This document shows, piece after piece, positions 28,568 through 38,045 of a DNA stretch of 64,000 nt; position 1 is the first letter of the stretch, and each line of letters begins with the position of its first letter. The stretch is from Desulfosudaceae bacterium (GTDB lineage: Bacteria > Desulfobacterota > Desulfobacteria > Desulfobacterales > Desulfosudaceae). The notes below the pieces were generated by a model. That model was not told the origin of the DNA. It searched no databases and saw only the letters and a program-made list of their open reading frames with translations. The stretch lies in the NCBI GenBank assembly GCA_963674745.2, contig CAXXDV010000003.1, positions 1,440,001 to 1,504,000 of the forward strand, written 5' to 3'. A program made the translations under genes and the position numbers.

Positions 28568-31500
28568 TTACCACAATCCGCCTGCGGTTGAAATAAAACA
28601 ACTGCCGCCGCCACCGCCGCCGGAAGATTGCGTGTTGGTATTATCGATATTATCGGCCGGGGTATTGTCTATCACGGACCGTTCGGTGACCCCGAGGCCG
28701 GAAGGATCGACGATCACACCGTTGGCCACACCGTCGGCATCGCCGGCGCCACCGTCAACCAGGGTCAGTGTGACGCCTGGCGGATCATGGCTGAACCAGG
28801 CCTGGCTGGAAAAATCCTGCCAGCCGTTGACATTGTCATACTTGTACCAGACGGCGCCGTCCGACAGCGGTTCTGAAAAAAACATCGTGACCTCGGCCGT
28901 GTCACCGACATTTTCAACCATCAGGCGGAAGCTGATGACACCGAAGGGGAATTCAACCCCCGCCGGTCTTCCTTCCTGGGGTAGTCCGTCCGGGTCCACA
29001 ACCTCGACAAAATCAATGGTCTGATTTTCTGCGCCGGTCGTCAGGCCGATCTGCCCGTTACCATCGGCCGATACCACGCGGGTCATGCGTTCATCGCCAT
29101 CCGGGGTACCATTACCGTTAAGGTCGGTATTTCCGTTTATCTGCTGATCATCCGGGATGTTATTGCCGTCGGCGTCGGTAAAAGTCGCCGACGCTGTTAT
29201 AAATGAGGACGGTCCAGACCATTTCCAGTCCCAACCGTCGGAATCCACGAACTGTGTCCGCCAGAAATAAACGGTATTGGCGGCCAGCAAGGCACCTGGA
29301 AGTGTGAGATCAAGCAGCGCCGTGCCGGAAGCGGTTTCAAAAACCATACGCGTAAATGCTTCATCAGCGGCCACCTGCCACACCGAATCGCGGTGGAATT
29401 CACCACCGAAGCCTTCCCGGTAATCCACGACCAGGTCGGGCGTCAGCGATGCGAGTTCTTCCCCGCCCACGGGAGACAATGCCAGCGGAATACCCGGTCC
29501 GGGGGTCACGGCGTTGGGGTTGGTACCCTTTTTATATTCATACCAGTTGATCAAGCCGTCGCCATCCAGGTCCTGATCTGCGTCAGCAACCAGAGGATTC
29601 AGGCCGTTGTTCTTCTCCCAGCCGTCTTCCATGCCGTCCCCGTCGCTGTCCTTGTTAACCGGGCTGGTGCCCTGCTCGTATTCCTGACCGTTGGTAAGGC
29701 CGTCACCGTCCGGGTCCTGGTCGGCGTCTGCGACCAGGGGGTTCAAGCCGTTGTCGACCTCCCAGCCGTCGGGCAGACCGTCGTTATCGGTATCGTCGTC
29801 AATTGGATTGGTGCCCCTGGCGTGCTCCTGGCCGTTGGTCAGGCCGTCGCTGTCATTGTCCAGGTAGGCGTCATTAACCAACGGGTTCAAGCCGTAGCTC
29901 AACTCCCAGTTGTCTGCCATGCCGTCGCCGTCGGTATCACTGTTATTCGGTTTTGTACCCAGCACGTACTCTTGGGCATTGGTCAACCCGTCATTGTCGG
30001 GATCGTCATCGGGATCATCGGGGTTCAGGGGATCCAGCCCGTTCTCCACCTCCCATCCGTCCGGCAGGCCGTCGTTGTCAAGATCCGTTCCGAAATCCCC
30101 CTGACCGTTGATCTTGACGAAGAAGCTCGAGGAACTGACATTCCAGGTGCCGTAAGCCCAGCCGTCATCTCCCACCTTGCCGTTCATCGTAAATGTCACC
30201 CCGAAAAAAGACATCCTGAAGTAGAGGGTGTTGTCACAATAGAACTGTCCTTCCCCGGGGAGGCTGGTGGGGACCAAAGCAGTCAAATCGCCAAGAAGGG
30301 CGTCTATGGAAGGCGCGGAAAAAGACATGGGTGCGTAACCGGTCCGCAGATCTTCGATCTTACCTGTTCCCTGAACATCGCCGATAATCGGAAAGTTATG
30401 CATGATAATGTCGAGCTGTCCATCTGCCCCCACGTCAAATTCCCAGGTACCATCAATGCTTTCCAGTTGCTGGGCGCTGCCGAGGATGGCGTACCTGATA
30501 TCTCCGGCCATGGTGCCGGCATATATACCGGGAATGCCGTCCCACATGGCGTCCGACCCGAAACGTACTTCCAGCGTATGGTCTGCCACAACGCCTTCAA
30601 ATGTGTATTCGGTCACCGGCCCCAGGGAAACCCCGTCTACCACCACGTCGAGAATTTCACAACCTCCGATGGCAGCAAAGGAAAACGCTTCGGTATCCCC
30701 TCTTTCTACTTTCACATCCTTTATCGCGTTTTTAATGTTATAGGGGCTTACGCTTCCGGCACCGATGGCGTTAACTTCAATGGCGTGCGCCAGGGTGTAT
30801 TTTCTGCTGTCAGACAGACTGCCGCTGGCGTACATCTTTATAAACGAAAACGACGTATCAAAGGCCCAGGTGCCGGTAATGCTTTTGTCTGGCTGAACCA
30901 GCCCGTTCATGGAATATCCCACCCCCGGAACTTCAAAGGAAAATCCGCCGTCGCAATCGAACTGTGCACTTCCCGGAATGGTCCCGAGGAGAGATACACC
31001 AAAGTCAATGTCGGCATGACCGGTCAGCGGGTCTACCGTTCCCTCACCCAGTATGGTACCGAAACCATATGGAATTGACGGGCTGTAGATCCGGACGGAA
31101 ATACTGTTATCCGCCTCATCAATCGTAAACAACCATTCCCCGTCAACGGGAAAAAGCAGCGGATCTGATGCCTCTCCCTGGAAGTTTCCTTTGTAGGTTC
31201 CGGGTACAATCCCCCACATTCCAGGGGAACCGAAACGCACCTCAAGGTCGTGGTTTTCGGTAACATTGGTAAACGTATAACTGGTCATGGGGCCGAAAGA
31301 GACATCGTCCACCAGGACATCCAGAACCTGGCAGGAACCGCCGGGCGTAAAGACAAATGTCTTGGAACCACCGTTTTCAACGAGCACATAACCTTCGGGC
31401 GAGACAGCACCCGGCCCCGTTACGCTGGTTATAATCAAGTGGTCGCCCGTACCGACGACCTTCTGGTCTCCGGTAAAAGCCCCACCGGCGGAAAAACCGA

Positions 31501-32806
31501 CAAAAAACAGCGAAGAATCAAAGGCCCAGGTCCCGGATACACTGCCGTCCCCGTTCAGGGTGCCGTTCATGGTATAACCCAGGTCCGGAATGGTAAAAGA
31601 AAAGTGCCTGTCACAGGTAAACAGCCCGGTTCCGTTAAACGTGCCAAAGGTCGGTACGGTAAACACCATTTCAGCCGCTCCGGTCAGGGTGTTGACGGTG
31701 CCAACGCCGATAATATCACCGATAATCGGGTCATCCCCCGGAGTCATGGAAAACGGCATACCGCCGCTGATCATGATGTTCAGGTTGCCGTCCGGGTAAA
31801 CGAAAAATTCCCAGGCCCCCTTGAGCGCCGGTGCCCAGGGAATTTCAACATCATTCATCATAAACCGCCCGGGAATTGTCAAGTCACCCTGCAGGTCGCC
31901 GGCATACAGGCCCGGAATACCGTCCCAGAGGGCGGCGGAACCGAACAGCACTTCAAGGGTATGATTTTCCGTCACATTGGTAAAGGTATAGCCTGGCATT
32001 GCGCCGACTGAAATACCATCCACCAGGACATCCAGAATCTCGCAACCGTCCTGGGGTGTAAAAACAAAGGGCTTATCATTGCCCTCATCCACCTCTACGG
32101 TTCCATCAGGAGAGACAACACCCGATCCCTGGGAAGAGACTTCAATAATCGGTGAAGCATACACCGGCACAGTGTCCTTTTCGCCGGAAAAAGTTCCTGC
32201 GGCTAAAAGATCAACCGTCATCGAAAGGCCGGGGTCGGCGCCAGGGTCTATCATGGTAGCGTCAAGGACCGCGTTAAAATCGAAGCCCCATGTTCCGGAA
32301 GCGGCGCCGCCGTCTCCAAGAGAGCCGTCCAGTGTGAATCCCACATCCGGAATTGAAAAGGAAAAACTTTGATCGCAGTCGAACTGTCCGGTGCCTGAAA
32401 AACCAAGCGCCGGCGCGGCGTCGCCCAATAACGCTTCAAGCAGGGGAATGGTAAAGAGCATATCGACGCTGCCGGATGCCATGTCCACCTCGCCCACGCC
32501 CATTAACAGGGGAAGATTATAATTCAGGCCGCCTCCCAGGTAAATCAGCAGGTTGCCATCGGCCTGGACATCGAAATACCAGAGGCCGTCGATCACCAGG
32601 TCCTCGGCGGAAACACCGTTGCCGTCACTTTGGGCGCCGGCCGAGGCGGTTCCGGTCAGTTCGCCTATGTACACGCCAGCTAATTCACCCCAGCACTCGG
32701 CCACGCTCGCTGCCCGGACACTGCCGCTTAAAAGGAAAAAACAGAGAAATAACAGGCTGCAGATAAGACAAGGGTTCTTCCTTCCGAACAATGATCGACG
32801 CCTCAT
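28568..32806 (-). CDS. Large repetitive surface protein: 4 beta-rich modules, 3 InlB-B-repeat-like spacers, DxDxDG Ca-binding repeats, choice-of-anchor-like domain, CFIxT tail
   Basis: Signal peptide; repeats YTFTNVTENH.LEV.FG; about 8 DxDxDG(L/M)(P/T) units; ends GGGGGGSCFISTAGGLW; ATG 32806 follows GGGAGG. Confidence 0.85.
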   Translation of the reverse strand: MRRRSLFGRKNPCLICSLLFLCFFLLSGSVRAASVAECWGELAGVYIGELTGTASAGAQSDGNGVSAEDLVIDGLWYFDVQADGNLLIYLGGGLNYNLPLLMGVGEVDMASGSVDMLFTIPLLEALLGDAAPALGFSGTGQFDCDQSFSFSIPDVGFTLDGSLGDGGAASGTWGFDFNAVLDATMIDPGADPGLSMTVDLLAAGTFSGEKDTVPVYASPIIEVSSQGSGVVSPDGTVEVDEGNDKPFVFTPQDGCEILDVLVDGISVGAMPGYTFTNVTENHTLEVLFGSAALWDGIPGLYAGDLQGDLTIPGRFMMNDVEIPWAPALKGAWEFFVYPDGNLNIMISGGMPFSMTPGDDPIIGDIIGVGTVNTLTGAAEMVFTVPTFGTFNGTGLFTCDRHFSFTIPDLGYTMNGTLNGDGSVSGTWAFDSSLFFVGFSAGGAFTGDQKVVGTGDHLIITSVTGPGAVSPEGYVLVENGGSKTFVFTPGGSCQVLDVLVDDVSFGPMTSYTFTNVTENHDLEVRFGSPGMWGIVPGTYKGNFQGEASDPLLFPVDGEWLFTIDEADNSISVRIYSPSIPYGFGTILGEGTVDPLTGHADIDFGVSLLGTIPGSAQFDCDGGFSFEVPGVGYSMNGLVQPDKSITGTWAFDTSFSFIKMYASGSLSDSRKYTLAHAIEVNAIGAGSVSPYNIKNAIKDVKVERGDTEAFSFAAIGGCEILDVVVDGVSLGPVTEYTFEGVVADHTLEVRFGSDAMWDGIPGIYAGTMAGDIRYAILGSAQQLESIDGTWEFDVGADGQLDIIMHNFPIIGDVQGTGKIEDLRTGYAPMSFSAPSIDALLGDLTALVPTSLPGEGQFYCDNTLYFRMSFFGVTFTMNGKVGDDGWAYGTWNVSSSSFFVKINGQGDFGTDLDNDGLPDGWEVENGLDPLNPDDPDDDPDNDGLTNAQEYVLGTKPNNSDTDGDGMADNWELSYGLNPLVNDAYLDNDSDGLTNGQEHARGTNPIDDDTDNDGLPDGWEVDNGLNPLVADADQDPDGDGLTNGQEYEQGTSPVNKDSDGDGMEDGWEKNNGLNPLVADADQDLDGDGLINWYEYKKGTNPNAVTPGPGIPLALSPVGGEELASLTPDLVVDYREGFGGEFHRDSVWQVAADEAFTRMVFETASGTALLDLTLPGALLAANTVYFWRTQFVDSDGWDWKWSGPSSFITASATFTDADGNNIPDDQQINGNTDLNGNGTPDGDERMTRVVSADGNGQIGLTTGAENQTIDFVEVVDPDGLPQEGRPAGVEFPFGVISFRLMVENVGDTAEVTMFFSEPLSDGAVWYKYDNVNGWQDFSSQAWFSHDPPGVTLTLVDGGAGDADGVANGVIVDPSGLGVTERSVIDNTPADNIDNTNTQSSGGGGGGSCFISTAGGLW

Positions 32807-33096
32807 AATGCCCTCCCACATTTGGCTGTTGCTTGATTATATATATTATATGCCGATTCCGGTTTTTTGTCACCTCGCATTTCTAAAGGTATTCGTGCAA
32901 GGCAGCTGAAACGAAAACATTCATAAAATCAATTTATTAAAATCAAATTGACAATTCCGATATGCCGCTGCACCGGCACGTTCCTCAGGTTTTCCGGGAG
33001 GTAGAATACCGGTCAAAAAACTTGCCATAAAACCGAAAACCAACTATTTTCAAGTTGTAACCCGTTGTTGTTCAAATATTTGCCTTCGAATATCCC

Positions 33097-33771
33097 ATGA
33101 AAGGAACCAGGATGAAAAACAGGAAGAAACTAATCGGATTGATCATCATGGCAATCATCACCACGGCGTCATGGACAGCAGCCGCCGACCTGAACGACAT
33201 TATCCTGCCCTCACCCCGTATGGAAGGCGGCATGCCGCTCATGCAGGCGTTGAAACAGCGGCATACCAGCCGTGATTTCAGCACGACCCCCCTTCCGCCC
33301 CAGGTAATGTCAGACCTTCTCTGGGCGGCCTGCGGCATCAACCGGGCCGATTCCGGTAAACGCACGGCACCCTCGGCCCGCAACTGGCAGGAGGTGGATG
33401 TTTACGCGGTCACAAAAGACGGCGCATATCGTTACGATGCCAAAGCCAACAGCCTCCGAATGGTCGCCAAAGGTGATTTACGCGAACTGACCGGGAAGCA
33501 GGCCTTTGCAGCCACAGCCCCGCTCAACCTGGTCTACGTGGCCGACCTGGAACGGATGAAAGGCGCCTCCCCCGAGGCTCAATCGCGGTATTCGGGGACG
33601 GATGTCGGTTTTATCAGCCAGAACGTCTACCTTTTCTGCACTTCCGAAGGGCTGGCCACGGTGGTCAGGGGATATGTGGATCGGGATCCGCTGGCCAAAG
33701 CCCTGAACCTGCCTGAGCACCAGAAGATCATCTTATGCCAGACGGTAGGATATCCGGGAACAGGAGAATAA
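33097..33771 (+). CDS. SagB/ThcOx-family nitroreductase with signal peptide
   Basis: ALKQRHTSRDF, RTAPSARNWQE, QNVYLFC; the true start may be a downstream ATG. Confidence 0.88.
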   Translation: MKGTRMKNRKKLIGLIIMAIITTASWTAAADLNDIILPSPRMEGGMPLMQALKQRHTSRDFSTTPLPPQVMSDLLWAACGINRADSGKRTAPSARNWQEVDVYAVTKDGAYRYDAKANSLRMVAKGDLRELTGKQAFAATAPLNLVYVADLERMKGASPEAQSRYSGTDVGFISQNVYLFCTSEGLATVVRGYVDRDPLAKALNLPEHQKIILCQTVGYPGTGE

Positions 33772-33826
33772 CGGAAAATCGGGTGCCGTGGGCGAAGTGA
33801 AGCTTGCCCCTGACCCGTGCCCGGAT

Positions 33827-35239
33827 TCACACAGGAAACAGCGGCCACGGCCGTGCCTGCTCCAGTTCAAAGGCCAGTTCCAGCAATACGTTATCCTGAC
33901 CCAGCGGGGCCGCGAATTGGACACCAATCGGCAAACCGTCTTTGCTCATTCCCAGTGGTAAAGAAATGGCCGGTTCCCCGGTGATGTTCTGCAGCGCGGT
34001 AAAGGGCGCGTAGTCGCGGATGCCTTTAAAAACAGTTTCAAACGGCGCTTCGGAATCAAGCAACGTCCCGTTCTTAACGGTTGTCGAAGCCAGTACCGGG
34101 CAAAGGACCACGTCATATTGTTCATAAAAAGATTTCGTTACGTTTATGGCTTTTTTTAATCGCCTGGTGGCAAACGGAAATGAAAAAACATGCCTGGTAA
34201 AATGTCTGCTCATTCCCAGGGTCAGGCTTTCCAGCCGGGATGAATCAAAATCACGGGAAATCAGCATTTTGCCGAACCGGTGGAGCATGAAAAACAGAAA
34301 GCCATAATACAATGTAAAATCATCACCGATCTGATCGGTAAAAGGAAGCGGGAGTTCATCTACATGATGACCGAGCTGTTCGCACAATCCGGCAGTGGAT
34401 CGGACAACCTCAACCACCTCATCTTCGACAATGATATCGCCGATGGCATCGGTAACAACAGCGATTCGCAGCCGTTTTTTTCCGGGACTGTCAACCATCC
34501 CCAGCGCCGGCAAGCGGGTGTTGGCATAATATTTTTCCGCTTCAGCCATGAACAGGGCCGTATCTCTCACCGTTCTGGTGACAACACCTTCGAACACGAC
34601 ATTGATGGGCAGCCGTTTGAATTCAGGCGCGCTTACCAGGCGATCACGGGTCGGTTTTAGTCCAACCAGACCGCAACAAGCTGCCGGAATACGAATGGAC
34701 CCGCCGCCGTCATTTCCATGGGCCATGGGCACGACCCCTGCAGCCACCATGGCGGCGGACCCGCCCGACGAACCGCCCGTGGAATAATTGGTATTCCAGG
34801 GGTTGGCCGTTGCGCCATGAAGCAACGACTCGGTTGTCGGCGGAATACCAAACTCAGGCAAAGCGGTTTTACCCAGGCTGATCATGCCCAGGGACTTAAA
34901 CTGCTTGATAAAGGCCTGGTCTTTCTTCGCCGGACGTTTCGGTAGGCCGCGTGTGCCGAACAGCGTGGGAGCGCCCTGCACGTCAACATTATCTTTTATA
35001 AATGTGGGAACACCGCCGAGTTTTCCTTTCAGCGGCGATTTTGCCTGCTCTAATGCCTGATCAAAAGTGTCTGTGATAATGGCATTCAGAACAGGATTTA
35101 CCTGCTCTGCCCTTTTGATGGCCGCCTCCACCAGTTCAGTCGGCGTGACTTCGCCTTTTTCAAGACGTTCGGCCAGCGCCAAGGCATCGGAATCGCCCAG
35201 GGCATCATCACAAACCGTATTAATTCTGACTTCATTCAT
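33827..35239 (-). CDS. Amidase (amidase-signature family)
   Basis: IKD, GGSSGGS, DGGGSIRIPA Lys-Ser-Ser triad motifs. Confidence 0.95.
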   Translation of the reverse strand: MNEVRINTVCDDALGDSDALALAERLEKGEVTPTELVEAAIKRAEQVNPVLNAIITDTFDQALEQAKSPLKGKLGGVPTFIKDNVDVQGAPTLFGTRGLPKRPAKKDQAFIKQFKSLGMISLGKTALPEFGIPPTTESLLHGATANPWNTNYSTGGSSGGSAAMVAAGVVPMAHGNDGGGSIRIPAACCGLVGLKPTRDRLVSAPEFKRLPINVVFEGVVTRTVRDTALFMAEAEKYYANTRLPALGMVDSPGKKRLRIAVVTDAIGDIIVEDEVVEVVRSTAGLCEQLGHHVDELPLPFTDQIGDDFTLYYGFLFFMLHRFGKMLISRDFDSSRLESLTLGMSRHFTRHVFSFPFATRRLKKAINVTKSFYEQYDVVLCPVLASTTVKNGTLLDSEAPFETVFKGIRDYAPFTALQNITGEPAISLPLGMSKDGLPIGVQFAAPLGQDNVLLELAFELEQARPWPLFPV

Positions 35240-35406
35240 AAAACGCTCCTTGATGCGTCAACGTAACGGTTGTTTCTTTCCCGAAATTATATATTAATTA
35301 TATATATTGCCCGTAAACGCACGAAAAAGAAAGACGGAATAGAATACCGACGACAACATCAGCCATTTTGCCAGTGCCCGCAGTTCCATGGACATAATAA
35401 AATAAA

Positions 35407-35435
35407 TTGACATTTTTCAGCACTTTAACCATACT
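35407..35435 (+). promoter_or_regulatory. Putative sigma70 promoter
   Basis: TTGACA-17nt-CATACT. Confidence 0.5.
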
Positions 35436-35510
35436 ATAAGAGCATCCAGGCAAAAAAATCAGGTCAATTCATAAGGCTGTAAATCCGAAACCGGACCGGG
35501 AATTATCGGA

Positions 35511-37886
35511 ATGCCGAATCCACAAGATACGATTCTCCGCCTGCAAGCAGAAAACAACCGTCTGCAATCTGAATTGTCTGCCCTGAGACAGATATTGGCT
35601 TCGGATCTGAACCACCTCAAATCCTCTGCTGACGTCTTTGACAAGGATAGCCTGCGCAGCATTTTAGAAGCCCTTCCCGTTGCCACTACCTGGGCCAATG
35701 CAGACGGCATTATCGAGTTCACCAATTATAAATTCATTGAGTTGTTCGGATACAATATAACCGATATACCAACGGTTGAGGACTGGTTTAACACGGCTTA
35801 TCCTGACCCGGCATATCGGGATAGAATTGTTCCCAGGTGGCTGAATTCCATGGAAACCGTCCGGCAGCAGGGAGGTGAAGTCGAAAGCATAGAGGCCAAT
35901 GTCACATGTAAAGACGGCCGGGTGCGGCATGTGGTCGCTAAAACAGCCCTTATTGCCGATCGTGTCCTTGTTATTTTCGATGATTTGACCGAGCCTGAAG
36001 AAATTCAGCGGGCCTTGCTGGAATCACAACTGCGTTTCCAGAGCATTTTCAACAGCGTCAATGACGGTATCGCCGTCGCAGACAGTGAAACCGGCAATTT
36101 TATCATGGCCAACACATCCTTTATGGCCATGCTGGGTTATACTGAAGATGAAATTTTAAGCCTCGGTGTGGCCGATATCCATCCCCGTTCGGCCCTGGAA
36201 AAGGTTTTCGATTATTTTGAACGACTGGCCCGGGACGAAGAAATTTTTATTGCTCCAGACCTGCCGGTTCAACGAAAAAATGGTGATGTTTTCTATGTCG
36301 ATATCAGTTCCGGTGTCATGACTTTTAATAATCGCAAATGTCTCATCGGGATTTTCCGTGATATTTCAGAAAGAAAAAAATACGAAGAAGCCATCCTGCA
36401 GGAAAGGGATTTTTCCGATGCCGCCCTCAACAGTTTACCCGGTATTTTTTACATGTTTGATCAAGACGGACGGTTTTTAAGATGGAACAAAAATTTCGAA
36501 ACGGTTTCCCAATATTCGTCGGAAGAAATGGAACAGACTTCTCCGCTTGATTTTTTTGAGGGTGAAGATAAAAAACATATTCAGGAAAGAATCCGGGAAA
36601 CTTTTGAAAAAGGGGAATCCGATGCGGAAGCCGGTTTCATCTCCAAAGACGGGACCAGGAGGCCCTATTATTTTTCCGGTTTATTGGCACATATCGGCGG
36701 GAAACCGTGCCTGATCGGCATGGGGCTGGATATCTCCCGTCGCAAACAGGCGGAAAAGATGCAAGCCCTTGGTCAGTTGGCCGGCGGTATTGCCCACGAC
36801 TTCAACAACCATCTTTCAGCGATCATGGGATTCGCGGAAATACTGGTAGAACAGGTTGAAGAAGATGGGCTGCGAAGCTACGCGGAAATGATCGCCCTTG
36901 CGGCAACCCGTTCCGCCGACCTGACCCGGCAATTGCTGGCCTTTGCCCGCAAAGGGAAATACATGGCCGAACCCGTGGATGTCCACTCGATTATCGCGGA
37001 AGTGGTCACCTTTCTGGGCCGCAGCATCGACAAACGGATCACCATCAAACAAGTCCTTTCTGCTGATCCGCCCTCTATTCTGGGTGATGCCAGCCAGATT
37101 CAAAATGCCCTTCTGAATCTGGCCATCAACAGCCGGGACGCCATGCCGGGAGGCGGTGAACTGACTTTTTCAACATCATCCGAGTCGCTTGATGAAACCC
37201 GGTGCAAAGGGTTAAACCTGGATATTATCCCCGGCCGATACATTAAAATAAGTATCACAGACACGGGCAAAGGAATCGATCAAAATAATCTGCCGCACCT
37301 GTTTGAGCCCTTTTTTACGACAAAGGAAGTGGGAGAAGGAACAGGAATGGGCCTGGCGGCGGTTTACGGTACTGTCAGAAGCCATAAAGGCGGCATCACC
37401 GTATCCAGCAGACCGGGGCAAGGCAGCACGTTCGACATATACTTTCCGGTCAACGAAGAAACAGACAACACCATCACCACACCGGCATTAACCAGTGAAA
37501 CCACCAGCAATACGGGCCGAATACTTGTGGTTGATGATGAAAAATTAATCCTGGAACTGGCCGGCAGCATTCTGAAAGCCCGGGGGCATGAAGCCATCCT
37601 TTGTGCCGATGGGTATACGGCTATTGATTTATATCAAAAAGAGTCGGAACAAATCGATCTGGTGATTCTTGACATGATGATGCCCAATATAAACGGCGTT
37701 GAGACATTCGCCGCCTTACGCGCCATCAATCCATCGGCCAGGATACTGTTGTCATCCGGCTACAGCAAAGACGGTCAAGCCCAATCCCTGCTGGATGCAG
37801 GAGCGGTGGATTTTATACAAAAACCGTTTACCATCAGCCAGCTGACCCAAAAAGTATCCCAGGCGTTGAACCACCCTGTCACCTGA
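35511..37886 (+). CDS. Multi-PAS hybrid histidine kinase (HisKA-HATPase-REC)
   Basis: AHDFNN H-box, FEPFFTTK, GTGMGL, receiver VILDMMMP. Confidence 0.94.
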   Translation: MPNPQDTILRLQAENNRLQSELSALRQILASDLNHLKSSADVFDKDSLRSILEALPVATTWANADGIIEFTNYKFIELFGYNITDIPTVEDWFNTAYPDPAYRDRIVPRWLNSMETVRQQGGEVESIEANVTCKDGRVRHVVAKTALIADRVLVIFDDLTEPEEIQRALLESQLRFQSIFNSVNDGIAVADSETGNFIMANTSFMAMLGYTEDEILSLGVADIHPRSALEKVFDYFERLARDEEIFIAPDLPVQRKNGDVFYVDISSGVMTFNNRKCLIGIFRDISERKKYEEAILQERDFSDAALNSLPGIFYMFDQDGRFLRWNKNFETVSQYSSEEMEQTSPLDFFEGEDKKHIQERIRETFEKGESDAEAGFISKDGTRRPYYFSGLLAHIGGKPCLIGMGLDISRRKQAEKMQALGQLAGGIAHDFNNHLSAIMGFAEILVEQVEEDGLRSYAEMIALAATRSADLTRQLLAFARKGKYMAEPVDVHSIIAEVVTFLGRSIDKRITIKQVLSADPPSILGDASQIQNALLNLAINSRDAMPGGGELTFSTSSESLDETRCKGLNLDIIPGRYIKISITDTGKGIDQNNLPHLFEPFFTTKEVGEGTGMGLAAVYGTVRSHKGGITVSSRPGQGSTFDIYFPVNEETDNTITTPALTSETTSNTGRILVVDDEKLILELAGSILKARGHEAILCADGYTAIDLYQKESEQIDLVILDMMMPNINGVETFAALRAINPSARILLSSGYSKDGQAQSLLDAGAVDFIQKPFTISQLTQKVSQALNHPVT

Positions 37887-38045
37887 ACACCACCGGTCGT
37901 CCATGAACGTCAGGAAGCCGATCAAACCATGATAGTCGGGCCAGGACAGAAAAACACCATTTCCCCAAAAACCATTGACACGGAATTACCACCTTGCTAA
38001 AGATATGCTCCCAACAGCAATCTCTTATTCTCAGATTGAAAAACA

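Noticed and set aside
29393..31078. 561-aa + strand ORF
   Set aside because: Antisense shadow of the repetitive surface protein.
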